Shown: piece by piece, positions 28,750 to 38,660 of the stretch
Layout: each line of letters starts with the position of its first letter
Position numbering within the stretch: the stretch's first letter is position 1
Virus record (IMG/VR): IMGVR_UViG_3300021959_008943
From: an uncultured virus (IMG/VR IMGVR_UViG_3300021959_008943)
Lineage: Duplodnaviria > Heunggongvirae > Uroviricota > Caudoviricetes
Direction: 5' to 3' (one strand)
DNA: 64,000 nt
Notes under the pieces: generated by a model
What the model was told of the DNA's origin: nothing
Database searches by the model: none
The model's input: the letters and a program-made list of their open reading frames with translations, nothing else
Made by a program: the position numbers and the translations under genes

Positions 28750-30132
28750 TTATCTAAATCTACTTCTGCCATGTACCCAAATAACTAGGCAATATCTTGT
28801 CCCTTCTTCAATGGGCTTGACCATATGCGGCAAATAACTTGGGAACATATTAATTGCACCCTTTTCTTTTGAGCCTATGACTTCCATACCATTGTTATTT
28901 ATAATAAGATCGCACCCTTTATATTCTGAAGGATCTGTTAACTGAATTACAATTGATAACTTACGAGTTGCTGATTCGCCTGGACCAACATCCATATGCC
29001 AATTATAGTAATCTTTTTGTTCTGCGGCTGGATCAAATTTGTATTCTAACAATTGTATATTGTTATGGAAACCAACTAATTCAAAGTCGTAATAAAATTT
29101 ATTTACTACTTGTATAGCATTTGCTATCTTATTAAAAATTCCAACTGTTTTTTCATCTTTCATAACACCATAAACTTTACAGCTTCTAATTTGTTTTGCG
29201 ACTTGAGCGCCGGTCATATTAGATCCTACTCCAGCATCCGTCGCATATTGTTTACTAACAACTTCATCCATCAGCATTTGGATATCGTCAGGCGTAAGAA
29301 CTATTTGAGAATTATGCTCATCTGGGGTAATTGACAAATGTCCAGGTAAATCATGATCTTTAGGACTAAGTACTGTCATATCATGATAAATGCTGCTAAA
29401 AGTTCTTAGTTGAGTTTTTGCATATTCTTCTAATTCACCATACATCTGGTCGTTATTAGCGCCTTCTTGAACTTTTTGGTTAGCTGGGCGTTCACCGAGA
29501 TTATTTCTTCCATCTTTATGCATATCTTTATGAGGGCCATTAGCATCGACATAATGAAAAAATACTTGAACTTGCCAATCACCTTTAAATTTATCGCGAT
29601 AATGATCGAGTTCGCACCCACGGTACAAGCACAAATCGCCTCTATCTAAAATAACATTTCTAGCATCGCCCATATGAATAGGCCAAATTGGATAGTCAGA
29701 AAAATCCACTGTCATAGTGGCGCTAATTTCGCACGAAGGACGATCTTTATGAATTTTTAATTCTTCTCCTTTGTAATAAATTCTGGAATATGTATATGTT
29801 GGAAGAAGATCAATGCCAACCATTTCGCCGAGCGGTTTAGCTAATTCTTCAAGCATTTTATCCCATTCAGGATCTCCATAGATAGAATCAGACAAAGGGC
29901 ATTGCGGATCTTTTTCTGTTTTTCCTGCATCCCGTAAATCAAACATATGTTTAGAAAGTTGTTTACACCGATCTTCTGGAATAACGTCAGTAATAACAAG
30001 AAATCTTTGCTCTTCAAATGTTTTAGCTGGGGTCATCGCCGGCCCAGCCATATCTTGTTGTATCATTTGCTTTGTGTGTTCCACTTGCTCTGTGTGTTTC
30101 ACTTCTTGTGGTTTAGTTCCTAGTGTAATCAT
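28750..30132 (-). CDS. Tandem two-domain 2OG-Fe(II) oxygenase
   Basis: Domain 1: PTYTYSRIY..G.EL.IHKDRPSCEIS...H.R. Domain 2: WHMD...RKLS..IQL...FPSYL.H.V.P...GTRY.LV.W. Confidence 0.9.
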   Translation of the reverse strand: MITLGTKPQEVKHTEQVEHTKQMIQQDMAGPAMTPAKTFEEQRFLVITDVIPEDRCKQLSKHMFDLRDAGKTEKDPQCPLSDSIYGDPEWDKMLEELAKPLGEMVGIDLLPTYTYSRIYYKGEELKIHKDRPSCEISATMTVDFSDYPIWPIHMGDARNVILDRGDLCLYRGCELDHYRDKFKGDWQVQVFFHYVDANGPHKDMHKDGRNNLGERPANQKVQEGANNDQMYGELEEYAKTQLRTFSSIYHDMTVLSPKDHDLPGHLSITPDEHNSQIVLTPDDIQMLMDEVVSKQYATDAGVGSNMTGAQVAKQIRSCKVYGVMKDEKTVGIFNKIANAIQVVNKFYYDFELVGFHNNIQLLEYKFDPAAEQKDYYNWHMDVGPGESATRKLSIVIQLTDPSEYKGCDLIINNNGMEVIGSKEKGAINMFPSYLPHMVKPIEEGTRYCLVIWVHGRSRFR

Positions 30133-30144
30133 TATTAAATTCCT

Positions 30145-31164
30145 TTAAATCATAAGCCATCTATCATTAGATAGGGTCCAGTTAACTACTTCTTCAATTC
30201 TTTTTTGCACAGGTTTTGGTTCCCATCCAAGCGATTTCATTTTAGATCCGTCAAGAGCATAGCGTAAATCATGGCCAGGACGACTTGTATGAAAGTCAAC
30301 CATTTCATAATTAAGTTTTTTGCCTTGAGCATCAGCAATCATTTTTGCCAATTCTAGGTTATTTATTTCATTTGCTCCGCAAATATTAAACTTAGGGCAT
30401 TTGGCTCCAGTGTTGTCAGCTACTGCTTCAAACTTATTTTTTAACAAAAATAAAGTAGCATCTGCCACATCTTCGGCATGAATATAATGACGAGATCCTG
30501 GAGTTGTTTTTGCGGCATCAGAATGAATTGTTACTGTTTCTCCATCTCTTGCTTTCTTAATACACATTGGAAAAAACTTTTCAGGGTGTTGTCTTTGACC
30601 AAACACATTCATAGTATGCGTAATGTAAATTGGCATTCCATAAGTATTTTCATATGCTACTGCTAATTCTTCGCCGCCAGCCTTCGAAGCACTATATGGA
30701 TTTGTACAATTGTACCTATCATTCTCTTTATATTTAATTCCATCAGGAGCTGGACCAAAGATTTCATCTGTTGAAAAATATAAGAAACGTTCTAAATTAT
30801 CTTGCTGTCTAGCAAATTCTAGTACGTTACATGTACCAACAACATTATCCATTACAAATTCCATTGGTCTATCAATGGAACGATCTACATGTGAACCAGC
30901 GGCAAGATGCGCAACAATATCTACTTTACCAATATCTGATTTAAGCATTGGATTGATTTCAGCTTTAAAATCATGGTAGATTGTGCGAACTCTTTTACGT
31001 TCAGCTGGAGCATAATCTTGTAGCAAATCATGCAATCGATTTAAATTACCACTATAATCAAGACGATCTAGTGTTACAATTTCCCAATCAGTCCGTTTTA
31101 GAACTTGTCCAATTAAATGATGGGCAATAAAACCTGCACCGCCAGTAATTAAAATTCTTTTCAT
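30145..31164 (-). CDS. NDP-sugar 4,6-dehydratase (RmlB/RfbB-like SDR)
   Basis: TGGAGFI, HLAA.SHVDRSI, STDE, YSASK and RPGHD.RY. Confidence 0.9.
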   Translation of the reverse strand: MKRILITGGAGFIAHHLIGQVLKRTDWEIVTLDRLDYSGNLNRLHDLLQDYAPAERKRVRTIYHDFKAEINPMLKSDIGKVDIVAHLAAGSHVDRSIDRPMEFVMDNVVGTCNVLEFARQQDNLERFLYFSTDEIFGPAPDGIKYKENDRYNCTNPYSASKAGGEELAVAYENTYGMPIYITHTMNVFGQRQHPEKFFPMCIKKARDGETVTIHSDAAKTTPGSRHYIHAEDVADATLFLLKNKFEAVADNTGAKCPKFNICGANEINNLELAKMIADAQGKKLNYEMVDFHTSRPGHDLRYALDGSKMKSLGWEPKPVQKRIEEVVNWTLSNDRWLMI

Positions 31165-31174
31165 TCATTCACCT

Positions 31175-32437
31175 TTAAATTTTCAAAACATGTGGATAGC
31201 GAATGCTATCATCTTTTACAGCTGTTAACCAAGCTGTTGTAACTAATACTTGTAAATTTTCCATCCAATCATTTGGATAATAAGTTTCTTTACGAAATTC
31301 CTGAAAACGAATTTTATCATTATCAATAAAATCTCCGAGATATTTATCAGTATAATATAAGAAGCTATTTTGGTTCCAATAACTTACATGAGTTGGATCT
31401 TGAAATGCACCACGGCCATCTGTGCTTGGTACTTCAATAAATGCCCAACCACCGTGCGCCAATACTCTATGTATCTCTCCCATAATTTTTGTCTTATCAT
31501 GTAGATGTTCAAGAATATGACTTGCATTTAAAACACCGACACTGTTATCAGGCAATGGAATTCCGTCATTTAAATCTGCGACAGTATCTGCATTTTTTCT
31601 TGTGTCAACCGTATGATAACCGGGATATGGATTTAATCCTCCTCCAATATCAATTTTCATCAAGCCACGTAAATCGGCATCTCTTTCAGCAAGAAGCTGG
31701 CCATACTCTCTAAATAGATCTACAGTTTTTATTTGAATTGCTTCATTACGTTCTAACCATGTATTATTACCAGTAATTCTATATAAGTAAAGGACTTTTG
31801 GTATGCGTTTCATTTTAGTAATAAGGTAAGTACGAATCATAAGCTCGTGGTCGTCACAAATAGAAAGGTCATTATTGTGGCCATCAACTTCTTCATAAAT
31901 ATCTTTACGCCAAGAACGAACATGATCTGGAGCGTACCATATATAAGATAAAGATTGAGCGCTTGGTTCAAAACTATGCATGGCCTTTAGCGTTTGGCCT
32001 TTCCATTCAAACTCTCTCCAAGTCCAACCGCCGTCTTCGCCATATGGAATAAATTCTCCTTCCATTTGTAATACAGCATTATCGCTATAAACAAATCCAA
32101 CTTCAGGATCAGATTCATACGCCTTTTTTAATTCTTCTAAACAATCAGGAGTAATTAAATCATCGTGATCGACTTCTACTAAAACATCGCCTGTACCAAT
32201 ACCAAACGCTGCTTTTTTAATTGCACCAATATTTGTATCAGTATCGTGCGTACGGAATATAATTACCTGAGCATGATTTTTTATTTGATCTGGAATGTGT
32301 TCTACTTGAATTTTATTATTCAAATATAAAATCCACTCCCAATCTTTGTATGTTTGATTAAGAACACAATCAAATAATTCTAAAAGAAAGGGAATGTTAC
32401 CTGGATCATGTTCAGGTGTAATAATACTAAATTTCAT
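31175..32437 (-). CDS. GT2-family glycosyltransferase fused to a class I SAM methyltransferase
   Basis: N-terminal FSIITP, Q.Y..WE, DHDD and DD.EL. C-terminal DIGGG, SHILEH, EI.RVL..GG and DPTH..W. Confidence 0.85.
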   Translation of the reverse strand: MKFSIITPEHDPGNIPFLLELFDCVLNQTYKDWEWILYLNNKIQVEHIPDQIKNHAQVIIFRTHDTDTNIGAIKKAAFGIGTGDVLVEVDHDDLITPDCLEELKKAYESDPEVGFVYSDNAVLQMEGEFIPYGEDGGWTWREFEWKGQTLKAMHSFEPSAQSLSYIWYAPDHVRSWRKDIYEEVDGHNNDLSICDDHELMIRTYLITKMKRIPKVLYLYRITGNNTWLERNEAIQIKTVDLFREYGQLLAERDADLRGLMKIDIGGGLNPYPGYHTVDTRKNADTVADLNDGIPLPDNSVGVLNASHILEHLHDKTKIMGEIHRVLAHGGWAFIEVPSTDGRGAFQDPTHVSYWNQNSFLYYTDKYLGDFIDNDKIRFQEFRKETYYPNDWMENLQVLVTTAWLTAVKDDSIRYPHVLKI

Positions 32438-32472
32438 AATATACTATCCTGGTTTGAAAAGCTGTTACTTTT

Positions 32473-32501
32473 ATTATATACGGTTTTGCTGGAATGTAAA
32501 C
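32473..32501 (-). promoter_or_regulatory. sigma70/early-like promoter inside the modification cluster
   Basis: GTTTACA-16nt-TATAAT in the only sizeable intergenic gap of the enzyme cluster. Confidence 0.6.
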
Positions 32502-32504
32502 AGT

Positions 32505-33239
32505 TTATTTCGTATTATACCAAATAACTGCATGAGGATCTGACTTTTCTTCTTCTGGTCTATCTTCAGTATAATAATACAGAGCAAGTGAATATCTAGA
32601 TACAGTTTCAGGACACTGGAGAGGCTCTGGATGTCCATGAAATGCGTCGTCTGTGATATTGAATACCACCGCTCTATTAAAAATAGGTTCTACTTTAACA
32701 CAACACTTTGAAAGATCTTTATCCCATAATTCAAGATGTCCATTCCATTCTGGATTCCAATCTTCATTTAAATAAATTAAAACATTAATTCTACGATGAA
32801 GGTTATTTACAAAGTTAACATTAAAATCTGCATGGACACCTAACTTACCACCTCTTGAAATTTTATGCATTCCTGCGCCTAGCCAGTTTTCATCTGGTAA
32901 CAATCCTTGAATGCCAGTTAAATCTTCAAGAAAGTTTAATACTGTTTCAGAATACATGTAATCTAAAATAAGTTTTGTTTTAGGAGCATACTTAGCTAAA
33001 ATTTCAACGTCATTCGGATCTGCTACTACATCAGGCGCATATTGTTTTAAAATTTGAAATTCTTCTACCCATTCTGACTCATCTTGTCTCCAGTGTTGAT
33101 AGTTTTCTATTTCAGGGATAGCCTGTCGGAGCATCCAAGGATCTAGGAAATTATCCAATATGGTATGAGGAAACGGATACGCTTCTCTATAAGAAGCAAC
33201 AGATGTGTCTAGTACTGATAAGATTTTATTGTTAAGCAT
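32505..33239 (-). CDS. 2OG-Fe(II) oxygenase (prolyl-hydroxylase-like)
   Basis: PFPH..LDNFL, GAGMH, HADFN, RR.N.LIYLN, FNRAV.F, HGHP and R.S.A.YYY. Confidence 0.92.
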   Translation of the reverse strand: MLNNKILSVLDTSVASYREAYPFPHTILDNFLDPWMLRQAIPEIENYQHWRQDESEWVEEFQILKQYAPDVVADPNDVEILAKYAPKTKLILDYMYSETVLNFLEDLTGIQGLLPDENWLGAGMHKISRGGKLGVHADFNVNFVNNLHRRINVLIYLNEDWNPEWNGHLELWDKDLSKCCVKVEPIFNRAVVFNITDDAFHGHPEPLQCPETVSRYSLALYYYTEDRPEEEKSDPHAVIWYNTK

Positions 33240-33241
33240 GA

Positions 33242-35287
33242 TTAATCAAAAAAGAATAAGTGTGTGAGTCTGCTGTCGTGTAAGTCTTTTCCAAAATATT
33301 CTCCAGCAGAATGAATATGCCTTGCATCAAAAATAGCAAGACGATTAAATAAATTTCCTACAGTATCAAGAGTATGAAATCGAGTGGAATCTAGAAAGTT
33401 TCCATCAAATGCGTCATCAATAATATCTGCATCTTCTATACTGTGCTTAGCTTTATTTATCTTAGAAATATGTAGGCGTGTTCCGCTTTCATATGGAGCG
33501 TTTGGCGACAAATAAATCATTGCAGCCCAACGTTGCTGGTCAAAATGCCAAACTTGTGGATCTTGTGCTCTTGTAACTTGGAATACGCCATTCATACCGC
33601 CATCCCAATCTACAATTTTTTCACCAATGATATTTTCAAATCTATATTTTAAGTCAATTGGTCGATATTTTTCTTCTGAACGAAACCCTTTGTACCATCG
33701 GCTATCTTCTTGAAAATTAAGGCTAGTTAATGCCCAGTCTCTTAGTTCATCTGGTCTTTCATAAAAGTTATCTACAACCCATACTCTTTTTGTTGGAATT
33801 TTATTTACTGCAAAATATGTAACATCTTTTTTAGAGTTTCTTGCTTGATTTAAAGTTTCAGTATCTTGCTGAATCAATATAGGTTTAGGTGATGCTCTAT
33901 TTTTTACATCAGGGTGGCTAAATAGCCATTCCTCATTTAGTCTTTCAATGTTAATTCTTTTACATATTTGATGAAGGTAATCCAAATTAGAATCTTTTGA
34001 AATCCAAATTCTAGCAATATAATCTCCCAATGGCGTAACGTTTTTAGTTCCATCCCAATCTTGAACATCTATTTTGCCTTGCTTCCAATAGCTTTTTGCC
34101 CAAGGACATAAATCAATTATAGAATCAAAATACATTTCCCAATCAGTAGATTCTTCTTCAGGGTACATTTCATTTAATCTAGTAGCTTCTTTATATAACC
34201 TTTGAACATCGCCAGTTCCGTCAACATAATGTTTTCTGTCAATAAAGTTACAATATTGAGGAAATGGAAATGTTCTTTCAGGATCCATCATTATTGTAGT
34301 TGTGTCCAACATTTTTTTATATTGTTTTGTTTCCTGATATAAATGAACCATTTGCCATAGATGGTCATTTCTTCCAGGAGCAAATTGTTCAAGCATTGAA
34401 TATGCAGTTATAGCTTCTTTCTTTTTTCCCATAAAATTATAGCATTCACCAGCCATAATTCCAGCCATATAGCACATCTCATCTATACCAATATCACCCT
34501 TTTTATTTTTCATAGTTTGATTAATATATTCGTTTAAATACCAAATAGATCTACGGGCATATTCGTCTGCTTGTTTTTTCTTTAATGGAAAAGCAGATGA
34601 TTCCATTGCATCTCTATAGCTCTTACCAATGTACCAGAAATGATACATATTTTCTAAAAGGTTTTGCTCACGGATAAGTTTTTCTTCTAATCGCAAAGCA
34701 TCTGAAATAAATTTAGTAGGAACTGCCCACGACATTCCGTCATTAGATCCAATTTGATTAAAACCTAACGGCAGTGGATAAGCATTATAATTATGGTCAA
34801 TTTCTGGATCTAGGCAATAAATGGTTTCATGACAAGGATCGTGATTAAACGCCCATTGTAAATCGTTATTCCATAGCCAAGTTCTATAATAAACACCAGT
34901 TCCACTTACTGCTGGAATATTAAACCCATGAATTGTTTTATCATTAAATACAGACCAATCGAAATCATCATAAACTTCTAAAGTTTCATCGCAGTCCATT
35001 TTAAGAATCCAATCACACCCATGATCGACTTCATTTTGGCAATATCGAATTAAATGATCTCGGTTCCATCCAAAACCTTTCCAGCCTTCTTCCACTTCAT
35101 AAAGAACTCCTGGAATATTATTTTCCTTAGCCCAATCTTTTACAATATCTGGAGAACCATCTGTTGAGCCATTATCTTGAATTACATAATAATCAATATA
35201 TCCAAGTACAGAATCAAGCATCTTTCGAAGAACAGGCGCCTCATTCTTAAACATGGCGACCATAACAATTTTACATTCTTTATTCAT
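33242..35287 (-). CDS. Multidomain protein: GT2 glycosyltransferase, TPR-like helices, unknown insert and C-terminal 2OG-Fe(II) oxygenase-like domain
   Basis: KNEA, DNGSTDGS, DCDE (DxD) and HE; helical WYIG.SYRD region; C-terminal VVDNFY..PD, HFD, AAMIYL.P, GT, FNRL.IFD, H.A and RLT.LFFFD. Confidence 0.85.
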   Translation of the reverse strand: MNKECKIVMVAMFKNEAPVLRKMLDSVLGYIDYYVIQDNGSTDGSPDIVKDWAKENNIPGVLYEVEEGWKGFGWNRDHLIRYCQNEVDHGCDWILKMDCDETLEVYDDFDWSVFNDKTIHGFNIPAVSGTGVYYRTWLWNNDLQWAFNHDPCHETIYCLDPEIDHNYNAYPLPLGFNQIGSNDGMSWAVPTKFISDALRLEEKLIREQNLLENMYHFWYIGKSYRDAMESSAFPLKKKQADEYARRSIWYLNEYINQTMKNKKGDIGIDEMCYMAGIMAGECYNFMGKKKEAITAYSMLEQFAPGRNDHLWQMVHLYQETKQYKKMLDTTTIMMDPERTFPFPQYCNFIDRKHYVDGTGDVQRLYKEATRLNEMYPEEESTDWEMYFDSIIDLCPWAKSYWKQGKIDVQDWDGTKNVTPLGDYIARIWISKDSNLDYLHQICKRINIERLNEEWLFSHPDVKNRASPKPILIQQDTETLNQARNSKKDVTYFAVNKIPTKRVWVVDNFYERPDELRDWALTSLNFQEDSRWYKGFRSEEKYRPIDLKYRFENIIGEKIVDWDGGMNGVFQVTRAQDPQVWHFDQQRWAAMIYLSPNAPYESGTRLHISKINKAKHSIEDADIIDDAFDGNFLDSTRFHTLDTVGNLFNRLAIFDARHIHSAGEYFGKDLHDSRLTHLFFFD

Positions 35288-36018
35288 AATGATTTCTCAG
35301 CCCGTTTTTTAATAAACTCAATAATATCATCGTTATTTATTTGATCTTTTCGTGGACTATACAAAGCCCTAGGTCTATCTACCGCGGTATCAGCAATAGG
35401 CGACAAATAATACATAGCAATGCTTTTTCTATATATTCCATTAGGGCAATTAATAGATTCTGGAAATCCATGCCATGAATTTTGTGTAGTATCAAACAAA
35501 ACTGCTCTATTAAATACGCAGTCAATAGAAGATGAAATTTCATGAGCTTGGTTTAATTCTGGATTATGACTCCAAAATTCAAGATTCCCACCCCATTCTT
35601 TTTTCCAATTAGGAGTAAGATATATAATGATGTTCCATTTCCTTTGCATATTTGCCATAGGATGAATAGAATAATCTTGATGAATATTTAAATGGTCTCC
35701 ACGTTTACTCATATGCCAACCAGCACCGTGCAAACCATAATCAGGTTTTAAACATTCATCACCTGTCAGTTTTCTTAATTTGTCTGTAAATTTTTCACAG
35801 CATAAAGATAAAAACAATTGATATGTTTCTGGAGGAAATGATCCCCAAGTTTGAATTGCCTTTTTTCTTTCTAATGGATTGTCATAAGCAAACCATTTTT
35901 CAGATGAATGCGATGGAAATTGTTTTGATAATGTATGAGCTAGATCTGCTTTTAAAAAGTTGTCTATCACGAAATGTTTAAAAGGTGCTTCATACTCTTT
36001 TGCATGACTTAAGTCCAT
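35284..36018 (-). CDS. 2OG-Fe(II) oxygenase, paralog of 32505-33239
   Basis: PF.HFVIDNFL, GAGWH, HQDY, FNRAVLF, WHGFP and RKSIA.YY. Confidence 0.92.
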   Translation of the reverse strand: MDLSHAKEYEAPFKHFVIDNFLKADLAHTLSKQFPSHSSEKWFAYDNPLERKKAIQTWGSFPPETYQLFLSLCCEKFTDKLRKLTGDECLKPDYGLHGAGWHMSKRGDHLNIHQDYSIHPMANMQRKWNIIIYLTPNWKKEWGGNLEFWSHNPELNQAHEISSSIDCVFNRAVLFDTTQNSWHGFPESINCPNGIYRKSIAMYYLSPIADTAVDRPRALYSPRKDQINNDDIIEFIKKRAEKSL

Positions 36019-36587
36019 TTTGGTCCTTCAAACCACGCAGAAATACTATAGCGAACCCCTTTTGTTACAGGTAAAGCTCTATGACTTAAAACTGAAGGAA
36101 AATATATAAATGTTCCTTGAGCCTTATAATCATTTGGATCCGGTGGATTGGATGAGCCAGTAATTTCTAATTCGCCACCTTCATAATCATTTGGATCTGA
36201 TAATTGTAAAACACAAGATACTTTTCTATGATGTGATGGATCATCATTCATCCAAAATGTATCTACGTGTTCTTTATATTCGCCCTGAACGGCCGAATTA
36301 TATTCAGCAAATTGCACGTATTCAAGTCTATTGACGTGAATATTAAAAAAATCTTGATTTGCTTGTATTTGTGTTTTCCATAAAGTATCAAAAAGTTTTT
36401 GGAATTTCCAATCACCAGCTTGAATAAACGATACTTTACTTTTACGATATTCTGTAAGGTGCGCATCTTCGCCCAGACCAACTACAGCATCTTGTGATGG
36501 TAATAGTTTAGCCTGAGCAATAATTTCTTCGCAATCTTCTTTACTTAAATACGAACCAAAATAACACCAGTCGCCGTCCCATGCCAT
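36009..36587 (-). CDS. 2OG-Fe(II) oxygenase (PKHD-type)
   Basis: R.S.V, HVD, RK.S..LQLSDP.DYEGG.L and FPS...H...PVT.G.RYS...WF.GP. Confidence 0.92.
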   Translation of the reverse strand: MAWDGDWCYFGSYLSKEDCEEIIAQAKLLPSQDAVVGLGEDAHLTEYRKSKVSFIQAGDWKFQKLFDTLWKTQIQANQDFFNIHVNRLEYVQFAEYNSAVQGEYKEHVDTFWMNDDPSHHRKVSCVLQLSDPNDYEGGELEITGSSNPPDPNDYKAQGTFIYFPSVLSHRALPVTKGVRYSISAWFEGPKWT

Positions 36588-36613
36588 AAATCACCTCTTT
36601 TATTATAATTTAA

Positions 36614-36868
36614 TTAAACTTCAAATTTAATATATACGTGTGTAGTATCTTCATCATATTGATGAATATATCTTTCGCCATCTTCTAAAGTTGCTTCATC
36701 TGGCGCTTCAGTTATTGCTTCTGCTGCAGTAAATTGCGCTTCAGAGTTTTGTGTCAATTTCCACCAACCCGTTGCATTAATTGCTGCGTCTATGGCAGCT
36801 TCGCCTTCATTAAAAAAGCCTTCTTTACTATTTAAGCCTAATTCTGATGTTGTTAGATCAATTGCCAT
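36614..36868 (-). CDS. Small acidic hypothetical protein (possible fibre accessory)
   Basis: 84-aa ORF overlapping the last collagen gene by 11 nt. Confidence 0.6.
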   Translation of the reverse strand: MAIDLTTSELGLNSKEGFFNEGEAAIDAAINATGWWKLTQNSEAQFTAAEAITEAPDEATLEDGERYIHQYDEDTTHVYIKFEV

Positions 36869-38660
36869 TTAACTTTCCTATTCTAGATTTTAAATCATTA
36901 ATTTGATTTTTTTGTTCTTTTAACGCTTCAACCACCAAAGGAACAACTCTTGCATAATCTACTGTAAGATATTTCTTACCTGATTTACTATGCCCGTGTC
37001 TATTTATATCAAATGGAGCACCACGAACAACCTCAGGTAAAGCCTTCTCTAGTTCTTGAGCAATCAAACCAATTTTTCTACCAGACCTATCTCCAGCAAT
37101 ATTCATGGCTAATTTATTTGGTGAATAGAAATAGCCATTTAATTTACTAATTCTTTTAATAGGATTATCAATTGGACCTTTTACATTTTTTAAGCGCCTG
37201 TCTGAATACCCAGCAACAATATCTAATTGGGCGCGAACATCGCCTGAGACCATTCCGTCATCTACAGGAGCTGGAGATCCAATTCTTACAAAACCAGTGG
37301 TTTCATTAATTACTCCAGGTGTACCTTGATAACCTTGATAGCCCTGAACACCTTGATAACCACCAACACCACCTCCGCCTCCTACACCTGTTCGTCCTTG
37401 ATAACCACTTGCTCCAGAAGCGCCACCACTGCCCTGTGGTCCTCGTGGACCCTGCGGACCGCGATACCCTGTTGTCGGAGCACCCTGTCTACCTTGATAG
37501 CCTTGGACACCTTGATAACCTTGAACACCAGTTACACTACCAGCAGCACCAGTTGCGCCAGTTGCTCCGGATGGTCCTTGCGGTCCTCTTCCACCCTGCG
37601 GTCCACGATGGCCAGATCTACCAGTTGAACCTTGTGTACCTTGTCTGCCTTGAACACCAGTTGCGCCCTGAGGTCCTCTAGCACCTTGTGGACCTCTTCC
37701 GCCCTGTGGACCGCGTGATCCTTGCGAACCCTGTGGTCCTTGCGGTCCTCTTCCACCCTGAGCACCTTGTCTACCTGTTGCACCAGTAGATCCTTGTCTA
37801 CCCTGTGGACCTCTTCCGCCTTGTGGTCCTTGCGGACCTTGGACACCCTGTGGTCCAGTTCCACCTTGAGAACCTTGAACACCTTGAGTACCCTGAGCGC
37901 CTTGAACACCTTGCGGTCCTCTTCCGCCTTGTGGTCCTCTTCCACCTTGAAAACCTTGTGCGCCGGTTCCGCCTTGTGGTCCTTGAGCGCCTTGAGCACC
38001 TTGTCTGCCCGTCGGCCCTTGTGTACCTTGCCTACCCTGAGGTCCTCTAGCTCCTTGCGCGCCTTGCGGTCCTCTTCCACCTTGTGGGCCTTGATTGCCA
38101 GTGTGGCCAGTAGATCCTTGAACACCTTGCCGACCAGCAATACCAGTTGATCCGCCAGCACCGCCTGATCCTTGGACACCCTGTGGTCCAGTTCCACCTT
38201 GAGCACCTTGTCTACCAGCAACACCACCAATACCACCAATACCAGTTGCGCCTACTGCGCCCTGAGCACCTATTGGATTATTACCCTGCCTACCTTGCGG
38301 TCCTTGTGTACCCTGCCTACCTTGCGCGCCTTGTCTACCGGTCGACCCTTGCGGCCCTTGCTGGCCAGTTCTACCAGTTGCTCCTTGCGGACCTTGTGGT
38401 CCTTGTGGTCCTTGAGCACCTTGAACACCAGTTGCCCCTTGAACACCTTGAAAACCTGGTACTCCACCTACACCTTGAAAACCTGCAGCGCCAGTTTGAC
38501 CAGCAACACCAGTAAAACCTTGAATACCACTTCTACCCGTTGGCCCTTGTGGTCCTTTAATATTATTATTAACAGAGCCAAGCCAAACACCGTCGCTGTC
38601 AACTAGATCAGTACCGTTAATGGTAACACCATTTTTGACTATGAAGGGTTGCTTAGCCAT
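36858..38660 (-). CDS. Collagen-like fibre chain C with C-terminal peptidase S74-type chaperone
   Basis: Gly-X-Y residues 36-448; SDRRLK, GLIAQE and V.Y...VPL..EALKE. Confidence 0.9.
   Translation of the reverse strand: MAKQPFIVKNGVTINGTDLVDSDGVWLGSVNNNIKGPQGPTGRSGIQGFTGVAGQTGAAGFQGVGGVPGFQGVQGATGVQGAQGPQGPQGPQGATGRTGQQGPQGSTGRQGAQGRQGTQGPQGRQGNNPIGAQGAVGATGIGGIGGVAGRQGAQGGTGPQGVQGSGGAGGSTGIAGRQGVQGSTGHTGNQGPQGGRGPQGAQGARGPQGRQGTQGPTGRQGAQGAQGPQGGTGAQGFQGGRGPQGGRGPQGVQGAQGTQGVQGSQGGTGPQGVQGPQGPQGGRGPQGRQGSTGATGRQGAQGGRGPQGPQGSQGSRGPQGGRGPQGARGPQGATGVQGRQGTQGSTGRSGHRGPQGGRGPQGPSGATGATGAAGSVTGVQGYQGVQGYQGRQGAPTTGYRGPQGPRGPQGSGGASGASGYQGRTGVGGGGGVGGYQGVQGYQGYQGTPGVINETTGFVRIGSPAPVDDGMVSGDVRAQLDIVAGYSDRRLKNVKGPIDNPIKRISKLNGYFYSPNKLAMNIAGDRSGRKIGLIAQELEKALPEVVRGAPFDINRHGHSKSGKKYLTVDYARVVPLVVEALKEQKNQINDLKSRIGKLNGN

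Noticed and set aside
28750..36587. Interpretation of the oxygenase/GT cluster as a DNA base hypermodification system
   Set aside because: No TET/JBP-like, hydroxymethylase, DNA methylase or nucleotide kinase signatures were recognised, and the context is fibre genes. Considered less likely but not excluded.
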